A DNA stretch of 64,000 nucleotides from an uncultured Candidatus Saccharibacteria bacterium (GTDB taxonomy: Bacteria; Patescibacteriota; Minisyncoccia; Phycocordibacterales; UBA9973). Position numbers and translations under genes: made by a program. Position 1 is the stretch's first letter. The number at the start of each line of letters is the position of its first letter. Location of the stretch: the NCBI GenBank assembly GCA_964591445.1, contig CAZQAW010000002.1:67394-131393 (forward strand). The letters are read 5' to 3'. Shown here one piece after another: positions 18,565 to 27,956 of the stretch. The notes under the pieces are model-generated. The model ran no database searches. It saw nothing but the letters and a program-made list of their open reading frames with translations, and was not told the DNA's origin.

Positions 18565-19134
18565 ATGAAACCATCATTATTAGTAATTAACAAAGACCCA
18601 AGAACTGAGCAAAATGTTAATTTGGCTGCTCAAGTGAACCAAAACTTTTTTCGTGACAGAAAAGAGTTTGCAAAACTCTATACTCTGTTTATGCAAACAG
18701 ACAAGAAAAAATGGCTCGATTTATTTTTTCTCAAAGCAAAGATGATACATTTTGCTTGTGGCAAGCATCATGAGAGTATACTTCGTGCATTGCCCACAGT
18801 AAAAATTCCGGAAATGACTCCGGAGGAACGCTTCAATACTTTTTTTGACTATTACCACGAACACCACAAAGATCTGTTTGTTCGTAATGCGATTGTAAAA
18901 ATAATATGCGAAGATCCGGATATTTCTACAGGCCTACGGGTTTCGCTTATTGGTATTCATTATGGTTTTGCTGAGAAAAAGCTCACTTTTGGAGACTATA
19001 TGAAACGTCTCCGTGAAGGAGATTTGAGTCCTAAAACAATCAGTCAAGCTTTTGATCATGCCCATCGTATTACTGAGTGGGAGCAACTAACTACTTTTTT
19101 GACTGCAAAGAACATTATATATATGCATAATTAG
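18565..19134 (+). CDS. AT-rich orphan protein
   Basis: TTGACA-N16-TATAAT promoter, A-rich leader, terminator 19157-19185. Confidence 0.75.
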   Translation: MKPSLLVINKDPRTEQNVNLAAQVNQNFFRDRKEFAKLYTLFMQTDKKKWLDLFFLKAKMIHFACGKHHESILRALPTVKIPEMTPEERFNTFFDYYHEHHKDLFVRNAIVKIICEDPDISTGLRVSLIGIHYGFAEKKLTFGDYMKRLREGDLSPKTISQAFDHAHRITEWEQLTTFLTAKNIIYMHN

Positions 19135-19234
19135 CACTTTAGCTCCATCATTTTGCAAAGAACCCCAAATCAGGGGTTCTTTTTTATTGTAAAAAACGAA
19201 AAATATGCTAAGATAGGGGAGTTATATGGGCTTT

Positions 19235-19305
19235 CGGGGTGTAGTATATCGGTAGTATACATGTTTTGGGAACATGAGGGCAGGGTTCGATTCCCTGCAC
19301 CCCGA
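19235..19305 (+). tRNA. tRNA-Pro(TGG)
   Basis: CGGGGTG acceptor; CATGT-TTTGGGA-ACATG anticodon arm. Confidence 0.94.
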
Positions 19306-19333
19306 CACGGTTTCTGGTAGAATGATTGAAAAT

Positions 19334-19404
19334 GCGGGATTAGTTTAGTGGTAGAACTACAGTTTTCCAAACTGTTGGCAAGAGTTCGATTCTCTTATCC
19401 CGCA
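19334..19404 (+). tRNA. tRNA-Gly(TCC)
   Basis: ACAGT-TTTCCAA-ACTGT anticodon arm. Confidence 0.94.
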
Positions 19405-19458
19405 CAGACAAACAAAAATCCCTCAGCCTAGGCTGAGGGATTTTTGTAAGTGGTGATG

Positions 19459-19731
19459 CTATTTGACTGCATCTTTCAAAGCCTTTGCGGCTCGGAATTT
19501 TGGAACTGTTGTAGCGGCAACTTTTACTTGCTCGCCAGTTTTTGGGTTGCGGGCCATGCGCGCAGCACGAGCCTTCACAGAAAAGATTCCAAGTCCTGCG
19601 ATAGAAACTTCTCCTCCTTTCTTGAGAGTGCCGACGATAGCGTCGATCATTCCGCTTACGATTTCTTCGGCTTGTACTTTTGTACCGCCAAGTTTACCGT
19701 GAACCCATTCGATTAAGTCTTGTTTGTTCAT
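19459..19731 (-). CDS. hup: HU family DNA-binding protein
   Basis: MNKQDLI..GLGIFSV..ARNPKTGE..PKFRAAKALKDAVK. Confidence 0.96.
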   Translation of the reverse strand: MNKQDLIEWVHGKLGGTKVQAEEIVSGMIDAIVGTLKKGGEVSIAGLGIFSVKARAARMARNPKTGEQVKVAATTVPKFRAAKALKDAVK

Positions 19732-19961
19732 AATGTAATTTTTTTTATCAATTTCCAATAAAAAACACATTCGACCCAAGGCTTCCGGCCTTTCCAAAAG
19801 CCTTAAAAAACCCATATATCTATTATACCCCCAAGCAAATTGAGCGCAATAGCCGTCAAAATTGATCAGATTTTGACAAAATAAAGTAATTATTTTCTAT
19901 TATTAGCTAGAAAAGATGGTTTTAGTCACAAAGTTTTCATTCGACATGTTATACTTCATAT

Positions 19962-20720
19962 ATGAACAACAACAATTCATTTTTCAATAAGCCTTATGTT
20001 GCCGCGGCTTTTGTGCTCGGCCTCGCTTTCGTTGTGGCTTTTATTATCGGTGGCTCTGCGGTGAAGTCGCTTCGAGCAGGGGAGCAGTCTATTAATGTGA
20101 CTGGCTCTGCAAAAGAACGAGTGGAATCTGACGTTGCAAAAATCGGTGGATCTTTTGAGCGCAAAGTTGCTCGAGAAGCTTTGGCAACTGGTTACAAACA
20201 GATCAACGCTGACAAAGACACTTCAGTAAAAATATTAAAAGATTTAGGGGTGAAAGATGAAGAATTGACAGTAAACCCAGTTTCTTCGTATGAAACTTTT
20301 GATTACGACCAAAATGGTAACCGTGTTCAAGGTTCAGGCATGATGGTGCTTAACCAGTCGTTCTCTGTTTCATCGAGCGATATTGCAAAAGTAAAAACGA
20401 TTTCCGAGAAAGCGAACTTGTTTGCTGATAAAGGAATTTTCGTCCAGATGCAATCTCCGCAATTTCTTTATTCTCAGGAAAAGTTGGCAGGACTCCGTGT
20501 TTCACTTCTTGGCAAGGCTATTGAAGACGCAAAAGCTCGAGCAGATGTGATAGCTAAAGGTTCTGGAACGAGTGTTACGAAGCTTGTTGGCGCGTCATCT
20601 GGAGTTGTACAGCTTCTTTCTCCTGACTCTGTGAATGTCGAAGACTATGGTTCGTATGATACATCTACAGTTTCCAAAGATGTGATGGTGACGGTGAAGG
20701 CTCAGTTTCGGTTGAGATAG
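19962..20720 (+). CDS. SIMPL (DUF541) domain protein
   Basis: N-terminal TM; INVTGSAKERVESD; AIEDAKARADVIA. Confidence 0.88.
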   Translation: MNNNNSFFNKPYVAAAFVLGLAFVVAFIIGGSAVKSLRAGEQSINVTGSAKERVESDVAKIGGSFERKVAREALATGYKQINADKDTSVKILKDLGVKDEELTVNPVSSYETFDYDQNGNRVQGSGMMVLNQSFSVSSSDIAKVKTISEKANLFADKGIFVQMQSPQFLYSQEKLAGLRVSLLGKAIEDAKARADVIAKGSGTSVTKLVGASSGVVQLLSPDSVNVEDYGSYDTSTVSKDVMVTVKAQFRLR

Positions 20721-20838
20721 AAGGGGAAATAGACTAAAAGAACTGAAACAGCCGCGCAGGCTACGCCTGCGCGGCATTTTGGTTGACTTCTTCTTATTAA
20801 TAGTGTATTTTGTATACAAATCACAAATAAATAATCTT

Positions 20839-21165
20839 ATGAATACAACCACTATTTTGATTAAAAGCGAAGAAATTGTATTTTCTAATTATATAAGAGA
20901 TATAGAATTTATTCACCCAGGACGGCCAAGAACTGTCCTAGCAACTGAAGATAAAATCATCGTTCTCTTTTTTGAAGTAGAAAATTCAAAGTTAGATAAC
21001 GTAAGTGATTGTAGGACTTTCTATGCTCATGCACTTTCAAAGCTACTTAAACCTACTGCCGAGCCTTGTGTTAAATATGAATCAAAAACATACGCAGGCA
21101 TTAGTTTTCCAAAGCCGGAACATTTTTCTTCTTTTGATGTATATTTTAAGACTTTATTTAAGTAG
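20839..21165 (+). CDS. AT-rich orphan protein
   Basis: TTGACT-N17-TATTTT promoter; terminator 21187-21214. Confidence 0.6.
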   Translation: MNTTTILIKSEEIVFSNYIRDIEFIHPGRPRTVLATEDKIIVLFFEVENSKLDNVSDCRTFYAHALSKLLKPTAEPCVKYESKTYAGISFPKPEHFSSFDVYFKTLFK

Positions 21166-21222
21166 GAGCTATCAATTAAAAACCAAAAGGCCGATCTCAA
21201 TTGAGATTGGCCTTCATTTTTT

Positions 21223-22749
21223 TTATCTTGCGTATTCGATGACTCGTGTTTCTCGTATCATGGTTACTTTGATTTCTCCCGGATACTTGAGTTCTTGCTC
21301 GATCTTGAGCGCTATTTCTCGTGCCATATTTTTTGCTTCAACGTCAGACACTTTGTCTGGAGTAACGAAGATGCGGATTTCGCGGCCGGCAGAAAGTGCA
21401 TATGATTTCTCGACACCTTCGAAACCATTTACGAGCGCTTCCAAATCTGCCAAGCGTTTCAAATAGTTTTCGACAGAGTCTCGGCGTGCGCCTGGGCGTC
21501 CACCAGAAATGTAGTCGGCTGTTTGGACGATCACTGCTTCGATAGTTTCATGCGGGCAGTCGTCGTGGTGAGATTTCATCGCAACGATTATGCGTTCATC
21601 TGCGCCAAATTTCTGAAGGATGCGGATACCGATGTCGATGTGTGTTCCTTGCACTTCATGGTCAAGCGCTTTTCCGATGTCGTGTACAAGCGCGCCAGCT
21701 TTTGCAACGTAGACATCTGCTCCCAATTCTTCGGCAATCATGCCGGCAATGTGCGTCATTTCAATAGAGTGTTGAAGCACATTTTGTCCATAACTTGTGC
21801 GGAAGTAGAGTCGTCCGAGAATTGCGATCAAACGCGGATCGAAGTTGAAGATGCCACATTCGTATACCGCTTGTTCGCCTTTTGTTTTGATAATCTTATT
21901 AATTTCTTCTTTTGCTTTTTCAACGATTTCTTCAATCTTTGCTGGCTGGATGCGTCCGTCCAAAATCAAATTTTCGAGCGCAACGCGGGCGATCTGTCTT
22001 CGTACTGGGTCAAACGATGAAATGATGATCACTCCTGGTGTGTCGTCAACAATAAGTTCAACTCCGGCTGCTTTTTCAAATGCGCGAATATTTCGGCCTT
22101 CTTTTCCGATGATTTTTCCTTTGATATCGTCTGAAGGAATTGCAACGTTGGTCGTCATCATTTCGCTGGCAGTGCTTGATGCAAGTCGCTGGATCGATGT
22201 CGCAAGGATTTCTTTTGCGCGATTTTCCAACTTCTCTTCGTTGGTATTTTCAAGCTTTTGCATGCGCACCAAGAAATCTTCTTCGTATTTTTTCTCGATA
22301 CTTACGTTCAAAAGTTCGCGTGCGTCATTTTCAGAAAGTCGTGCAACTTTCTCGAGCTCTTTCATTTTTTCTTCTTCCATCACGCCCACTTTCTCGCGAG
22401 CTTTTTTCACTTCTTCTACTTTGAGTTTGATGTTCTCAACTTCTTTGTCGATTTCAACTTGGCGAGCGTCCAAGAGTTCTTCTTTTTTGATCAATCGTTC
22501 TTCTGTTTTCTTGAACTCATGCTCTTTCTGCTTTTCTTCTTCTTTCAATTCTTCTGCACGCTCGTCGGCCTTTTTCTTGGCTTCGTCGCGGATGCGTTCT
22601 GCTTCTTCGCGTGCGCCCACCATCATCTGCTTGATCTCAAGCTCCATGCTTCCGCGCTTTCCCTGAGAAATGATGATGCGGAGGTAGTAGCCAAGTCCAA
22701 GCCCGAGAGCGATGCCCGCGAACAAAAGTACTATGGTAATAAAGCTCAT
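21223..22749 (-). CDS. rny: Ribonuclease Y
   Basis: TM, coiled coil, KH (IIGKEGRNIR), HD (LVHDIGK), RPGARR. Confidence 0.97.
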   Translation of the reverse strand: MSFITIVLLFAGIALGLGLGYYLRIIISQGKRGSMELEIKQMMVGAREEAERIRDEAKKKADERAEELKEEEKQKEHEFKKTEERLIKKEELLDARQVEIDKEVENIKLKVEEVKKAREKVGVMEEEKMKELEKVARLSENDARELLNVSIEKKYEEDFLVRMQKLENTNEEKLENRAKEILATSIQRLASSTASEMMTTNVAIPSDDIKGKIIGKEGRNIRAFEKAAGVELIVDDTPGVIIISSFDPVRRQIARVALENLILDGRIQPAKIEEIVEKAKEEINKIIKTKGEQAVYECGIFNFDPRLIAILGRLYFRTSYGQNVLQHSIEMTHIAGMIAEELGADVYVAKAGALVHDIGKALDHEVQGTHIDIGIRILQKFGADERIIVAMKSHHDDCPHETIEAVIVQTADYISGGRPGARRDSVENYLKRLADLEALVNGFEGVEKSYALSAGREIRIFVTPDKVSDVEAKNMAREIALKIEQELKYPGEIKVTMIRETRVIEYAR

Positions 22750-23019
22750 ATGCTATTGTCTGCCAAAAGAAAAATCCGCCTCGTGAGACGTCTAAAAAGC
22801 ACTGAAGGAGAAAGGAAATAAAGCGAGAGTTGTCATGCGGGAAGTCATATCGAGAAAATAGGCGTTTGCGGGAAGGAAATTCTTTCGGTCAAACCAAACT
22901 AAAATAATAAAATTCGATACTTGTATAGTACCAAACTGAACTTATCTTGTCGAATGGTCTATATTGACTTTTTTATATTAATATTATATAATATAATTAA
23001 ATTTGAAAAATCATACATA

Positions 23020-23250
23020 ATGAAAAAAGAAGAAAAGTACAAAGCTATTTTAGCCTTTGGTATCATAGTTATTGCGACTATATGTTCTGCAATTATGGCA
23101 CCTATCGGTGCTAAAAATTTCCCTTATGTCTCTTATTCGCAGGATCTCCAAATAGTGGCATATTTCCTTGTTACCGGTTCTCTGGTAGGTTTCTGGCTCT
23201 ATTTTGGGAAAAAGTATTTCCAGAAAAAACTGGAAGAAAAGAGAGTTTAA
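23020..23250 (+). CDS. AT-rich orphan small 2-TM protein
   Basis: TTGACT/TATAAT promoter; terminator 23273-23306. Confidence 0.65.
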   Translation: MKKEEKYKAILAFGIIVIATICSAIMAPIGAKNFPYVSYSQDLQIVAYFLVTGSLVGFWLYFGKKYFQKKLEEKRV

Positions 23251-23351
23251 AAAACAAAGTTGTACATATGTGAAATCCCACAGATTACTCTGTGGGATTT
23301 TTTTTATTGCACGTTATTTCTTATTTATATGGATTTTTGTAAAATAGACAT

Positions 23352-23876
23352 ATGAAAAATGTCGCAAAAAGTTTGACGTATGTTCCAAATGAAAGAGTAA
23401 TAAATAAAATATTTTTACTTCGTGGCAAGAAAGTAATGTTGGATCGTGATTTAGCAGAGCTTTACGGAGTGGAAACTCGAGTTCTCAATCAGGCAGTAAA
23501 AAGAAACTATGAGCGTTTTCCGAACGATTTTATGTTTCAACTTACGAGTACTGAAATAAAAAACTTGAAGTCACAAATTGTGATATCAAGTTGGGGTGGC
23601 ACAAGAAAACCATCTATGGTTTTTACCGAACAAGGTGTTGCGATGCTTTCAAGTGTTCTCAAAAGCAAACGTGCGATAGAAGTTAATATTCAAATTATTC
23701 GTACGTTTACAAAGTTGCGCGAACTCTTGGCGAGTCATACCAAGCTTCGCGCTAAGCTTGAAAATATGGAAAAGAAATATGATACGAAACTCAAACAAGT
23801 ATTTGATATTTTAAAGCAGCTGCTTATGCAAGAGACCAAAAAACCAAAAGGTCAAATTGGTTTCCGTGTTAAATAA
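23352..23876 (+). CDS. ORF6N domain DNA-binding protein
   Basis: LRGKKVMLDRDLAELYGVETRVLNQAVKRN..FTEQGVAMLSSVL. Confidence 0.92.
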   Translation: MKNVAKSLTYVPNERVINKIFLLRGKKVMLDRDLAELYGVETRVLNQAVKRNYERFPNDFMFQLTSTEIKNLKSQIVISSWGGTRKPSMVFTEQGVAMLSSVLKSKRAIEVNIQIIRTFTKLRELLASHTKLRAKLENMEKKYDTKLKQVFDILKQLLMQETKKPKGQIGFRVK

Positions 23877-23905
23877 AAATCTCGCCTAAGGGCGAGATTT
23901 TTGTG

Positions 23906-24490
23906 CTATTTCTTCTTATTTCCGATGATTTCGTCTATCAATCCGTATTTCTTTGCTTCTTCGGCGCTCATGTAGTAGTCGCGGTCGGAGTCTTTTTCTA
24001 CTTGTTCAAATGTCTTGCCGGTGTTTTTTGCGAGTAGCTTATTTAATTTCTCTTTTGTCTTCAAGATATGTTTTGCAACGATCTCGATATCAGACGCTTG
24101 CCCTTCTGCGCCGCCCATCACTTGGTGGATCATAACTTCGGCGTTTGGGAGAGCGAAACGCTTGCCTTTTGTGCCAGAAGAAAGAAGTACTGCTCCGGCT
24201 GAAGCTGCAAGTCCGACGCAGATAGTCTGCACGTCTGGCTTGACGTGGTTCATCGTGTCAAAGATTGCCATTGCTGCGGTGACAGATCCGCCCGGAGAGT
24301 TGATGTAAAGCATAATGTCTTTCTTTGGGTCTTCATGTTCAAGGTGAAGAAGCTGCGCGATGACGATATTTGCAATGTTGTCATCGATTGGGCCGCCCAA
24401 GAATATGATGCGTTCGTTCAAAAGGCGAGAGTAGATGTCGTACGCTCGCTCGCCAAACTGAGATTTTTCTATAACTGTTGGGATTAACAT
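23906..24490 (-). CDS. clpP: ATP-dependent Clp protease proteolytic subunit
   Basis: [29 protein letters not shown]. Confidence 0.97.
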   Translation of the reverse strand: MLIPTVIEKSQFGERAYDIYSRLLNERIIFLGGPIDDNIANIVIAQLLHLEHEDPKKDIMLYINSPGGSVTAAMAIFDTMNHVKPDVQTICVGLAASAGAVLLSSGTKGKRFALPNAEVMIHQVMGGAEGQASDIEIVAKHILKTKEKLNKLLAKNTGKTFEQVEKDSDRDYYMSAEEAKKYGLIDEIIGNKKK

Positions 24491-24620
24491 AAAAAGCTTT
24501 AAAATTAAGGTTTATAAGTGGTTTAGAGCTACAGTATAGCACAGATTTAACCTAATGTCTGTGGTTATTGACATACTAGCTTATTTGTGATACAATATAG
24601 GTAAGAAAAACTCAAAAAAT

Positions 24621-24869
24621 ATGCGCAGAAAAATAGTTATTGTATTAGGAATGGCAGCATTGTGTTTATCACTTAATAGCTGCGATGTTTACCATTCAGC
24701 CAGTTTGACAACTACCAGTTATGTTGTTGACACGCCCGTGCTTCTGGTTCCTCAGGGAGCGCAATACAACAATGGAGGATATACAAATCCTAACAACAGT
24801 AGTGGAGGTTGTATAAATCCTAACGGTTCCGATTTTGGACCAAGACGCCCGTCTGGTTCCAATAGATAA
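24621..24869 (+). CDS. Small orphan lipoprotein-like protein
   Basis: Lipobox-like LSLNS-C; TTGACA-N17-TACAAT promoter; terminator 24891-24923. Confidence 0.65.
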   Translation: MRRKIVIVLGMAALCLSLNSCDVYHSASLTTTSYVVDTPVLLVPQGAQYNNGGYTNPNNSSGGCINPNGSDFGPRRPSGSNR

Positions 24870-24922
24870 AAAAGTAAACATGTTACAACAAAAATGCCCC
24901 GCACTGAAGCAGGGTATTTTTT

Positions 24923-25978
24923 TTATTTCTGATCTTCCAAGAATTTGAAGACGAGCTCGTTGGTCATGATGCTTTCGATGTAGACTCTTGCGCGGATCGG
25001 GTCTGCGCCTTTGTAATGTTCTACGAGGTGGCCGACTTGCGTCTCAACTTCTTTTTCGTCCGGCTTCAAGTTTTCTTTGACGCTTATTGCATGAAGAATG
25101 AGCTCGAGCTTTGCGCGCTTTTCTGCATCCGGAGCGATTTCTTTTTTGATATCGTCTTCGGTTTTGTTCAAGTGTTTCAAATAATCTTCGTATTTCATGC
25201 CCGCTTGCTCGATGTCAGTTTTCACTTTATAGATCGTCTTGTCGATTTCAGAATTGATGATGACTTGCGGAACGTCTATTTCAGAAGTTTTCACGAGTTC
25301 TTCGACAAGCTGCGCTCGAGATTTGCTTTGCGCTTGCTGAGCTTTTTCAAGCGCGATGTTTTCTTTCATTTTTGCTTTGAATTCCTCGACAGTTTTGAAC
25401 GGTCCAAAACCTTGCACGTATTCATCATTGAGTTCTGGCAAGTCTTCGTCTTTGAGTGCGTCATGCGGAGCGTGTTCGCCTGGTTTATCATTCTTATGAA
25501 ATTCGTTGTGCTGTCGCATGCGGCGAACTTCGAGTATTGCGTCTTCAACTTCTTTATCTGTCACTTCGCTTGCGATTTCTTTTTTATTTTCTTTCGCAGC
25601 TTTTTTATAATCGCCAAGTTTCACTTCCGGCATCACCGCTGTGGTGATTTTGAAACCAAGTGGGTTGTCTTGCGCAAGTTTGGTGATCATGATTTCCGGT
25701 CGGCCAATCGCGTCAATTTTATTTTCTTCAAGAATTTTTGGGTACGCTTCGCTCATTGCAAGTTCGGCCATTTCTTCAAGAATTGCAGAAGGCTGGACTT
25801 TGCTTTCAAGCACGCTTGTTGGTACTTTGCCTTTGCGGAAGCCGTCGAGCTCTACGTCTTTGCCGATAATTTCAAGCGCTTTTGCACGGTAAGAAGAGAA
25901 TTGCTCAGCGGCAATTTCTCCGGAAATTTCTATTTGGCTTTTGGCTAATTTCTTTATGTCGATATTCATAGTAGCCAT
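24923..25978 (-). CDS. tig: Trigger factor (lacks the FKBP domain; CPR-type)
   Basis: GFRKGKVP ribosome-binding motif; upstream of clpP; start may be 25969. Confidence 0.93.
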   Translation of the reverse strand: MATMNIDIKKLAKSQIEISGEIAAEQFSSYRAKALEIIGKDVELDGFRKGKVPTSVLESKVQPSAILEEMAELAMSEAYPKILEENKIDAIGRPEIMITKLAQDNPLGFKITTAVMPEVKLGDYKKAAKENKKEIASEVTDKEVEDAILEVRRMRQHNEFHKNDKPGEHAPHDALKDEDLPELNDEYVQGFGPFKTVEEFKAKMKENIALEKAQQAQSKSRAQLVEELVKTSEIDVPQVIINSEIDKTIYKVKTDIEQAGMKYEDYLKHLNKTEDDIKKEIAPDAEKRAKLELILHAISVKENLKPDEKEVETQVGHLVEHYKGADPIRARVYIESIMTNELVFKFLEDQK

Positions 25979-26009
25979 ACTTTAGCAGAAAGTTCGTGTT
26001 TTGGCGAAT

Positions 26010-26121
26010 CTCCCTCTCCTAAAGTAGGAGAGGGTCGACCGAAGGTTCGGGGTGAGGTATTGGATTATACACATACCTCATCCGGCCTAAAGGCCACCTT
26101 CTCCTACCTCAGGAGAAGGGG
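26010..26121. repeat. 112-bp REPIN-like doublet element, copy 2
   Basis: Exact reverse complement of 11207-11318. Confidence 0.93.
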
Positions 26122-26162
26122 TACCAAAAAAGCCGCGCGGTAGCGCGGCTTTTTTGAGGTTC

Positions 26163-26465
26163 CTATTCCTCCAAAGAATTCAAATCTGTTTCATTCAAGT
26201 CTTTGTCGATCGAGTCCAAATCGTCGGAATTTGATTGCGAACTTTGGTCGATTGTCGTTGTCGAGTTGATGTTGAGCTGTGAACCACTTTCGTTTGGCAT
26301 TTCGCTTACGTTCATTTCTTCGTTCATCATTTGTGTTTCATGCGGTCGGTTGTACATATAGATGCCACCGATGATAAGCAAAATGACTACAATAATAGAA
26401 CCCACAAGTGCACCCGAACCCTTTTTGTTTCCAGTATTCACAGAACTCATATTGTTGTTTTCCAT
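26163..26465 (-). CDS. Small single-TM hypothetical protein
   Basis: TM plus acidic tail SDDLDSIDKDL. Confidence 0.7.
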   Translation of the reverse strand: MENNNMSSVNTGNKKGSGALVGSIIVVILLIIGGIYMYNRPHETQMMNEEMNVSEMPNESGSQLNINSTTTIDQSSQSNSDDLDSIDKDLNETDLNSLEE

Positions 26466-26488
26466 GTGGCTTTATATATAAATAATAA

Positions 26489-27130
26489 TTATTGAACCGT
26501 TGTTGTTGAGTTTGCGTTTGTTGAAGTTGTTGCACCTGCATTTCGAAGCTCTTTCACTGCTTTCACAATGTTGTCAAAAGCGCTTTTAAGTTCTTCTTTT
26601 TCTTTTTTCATCCAGTCTTTAAGTTGAGTTTTTTCTGCGTCAGTAAGTTCTACTGTGCTATTTGCGCGAGTATCCATAAATGCTTTTACTTGTGCGTGAA
26701 TTGTTTTTGCGTCAGCAATGTCTACTTTTGCGTTTGCGATAAATGTTTCTGAAGCGCCGACAGATTTGCCTTCAGTCTTCATCTTCGCGATGCGAGACTC
26801 GACTCGAACAATAATTTTCTCAAGGCGTTCAACGGCAACGTCGAACTTTTTGTGAGCCATCATCTTTATGCGCATATATTCGCCAAGGTGCAAACCGCGA
26901 TTGTCTTTGTCTCCGCGAAGTACGTCGTCTGTACCAAAACGCATTTTTGCTTCGGCTTCTGCGCGGTCATGTTCGGAATCCATTCCGCGATCTTTATTTC
27001 CAAAAAGGTTTATTTTTACCCCACCACGAACTTCGCCTTCGCTGCCGCGTCCGCTTTCAGCATGAGCGTTTATGCTTGCAAACGGAGACATAAGCATCGC
27101 ACATATTGCAACAATAATGTATTTTTTCAT
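26489..27130 (-). CDS. Secreted helical hypothetical protein
   Basis: Signal peptide AHA; RLEKIIVRVESRIAKMK coiled coil. Confidence 0.75.
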   Translation of the reverse strand: MKKYIIVAICAMLMSPFASINAHAESGRGSEGEVRGGVKINLFGNKDRGMDSEHDRAEAEAKMRFGTDDVLRGDKDNRGLHLGEYMRIKMMAHKKFDVAVERLEKIIVRVESRIAKMKTEGKSVGASETFIANAKVDIADAKTIHAQVKAFMDTRANSTVELTDAEKTQLKDWMKKEKEELKSAFDNIVKAVKELRNAGATTSTNANSTTTVQ

Positions 27131-27221
27131 AACTATATCTAAATTAATTTGCTAATTGCTAACAAGAACTCTTACACTAGTATATAACGTTTTCGCTCTT
27201 TTGCCTGTGACTTGCCAAAAA

Positions 27222-27255
27222 CCCTCTCCTGGCTAGGAGAGGGTTAGGGTGAGGT
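27222..27255. repeat. Reduced REP-like unit downstream of ppa
   Basis: CCCTCTCCTGGCTAGGAGAGGGTTAGGGTGAGGT. Confidence 0.7.
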
Positions 27256-27260
27256 TGAGT

Positions 27261-27848
27261 TTATTCAGCTACTTTTGGAGCATAGTCTTTCTGATATCGC
27301 TCCATGCATTCTTTGACTATGTGCATCGCTTCTTCTGGATCAAGGAATTCTCCAACTGCGCCAGTACCTGGTTTTTTGAGTGCTTTGTAATTTTCCCAAT
27401 AGTATTTTGTTTCTTTTACAAAGTATTCGCCAAGGTCTGTGTAGCTTTTAATATGGTCAGAGCGTTTGTCGCTTGCGAGGACCGCAATTATTTTGTCGTC
27501 AACTTCGCCGCCGTCAACGAACTTCATCGCGCCAATGATGCGGATTTCTGCAACACATCCTGGCACCAAGGGCTCGGTAATGTTTACAATTTCAACATCA
27601 AGCGGGTCGCCATCCAAATCCCAAGTCTGTGGAATTGCTCCGTATGTAAATGGATACGCAAGAGAAGAGTATCCAACACGGTCGAGCTTGAGCTGTCCGC
27701 TTTCGGTAATAAGTTCGTATTTATTGATCGAGCCTGCAGAAACTTCGACAATAGTGTTAGCGATTTTTCCCGCCTCGTCGACAACTGCCGGTAAAACATG
27801 CAAAAGGTTGAGCATGTATTTTGAAGGTTTGTGATTGATGTTTGCCAT
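27261..27848 (-). CDS. ppa: Inorganic pyrophosphatase
   Basis: NKYEL, DGDPLDV, DGGEVDDKII. Confidence 0.95.
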   Translation of the reverse strand: MANINHKPSKYMLNLLHVLPAVVDEAGKIANTIVEVSAGSINKYELITESGQLKLDRVGYSSLAYPFTYGAIPQTWDLDGDPLDVEIVNITEPLVPGCVAEIRIIGAMKFVDGGEVDDKIIAVLASDKRSDHIKSYTDLGEYFVKETKYYWENYKALKKPGTGAVGEFLDPEEAMHIVKECMERYQKDYAPKVAE

Positions 27849-27956
27849 AGTGCTTTTATAGTAGCAGAAATGGTGCAAAATTGCATCTTTGCCTATGTTT
27901 CACAAAGAAGCGCGACACGTTAGTGTCGCGCTTCTTCTTTTTCGTAATGTGATTTC

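Noticed and set aside
11207-26121. CRISPR array or composite transposon bounded by the 112-bp repeats
   Set aside because: No regularly spaced repeat-spacer units, no cas or transposase gene, and the enclosed genes are core
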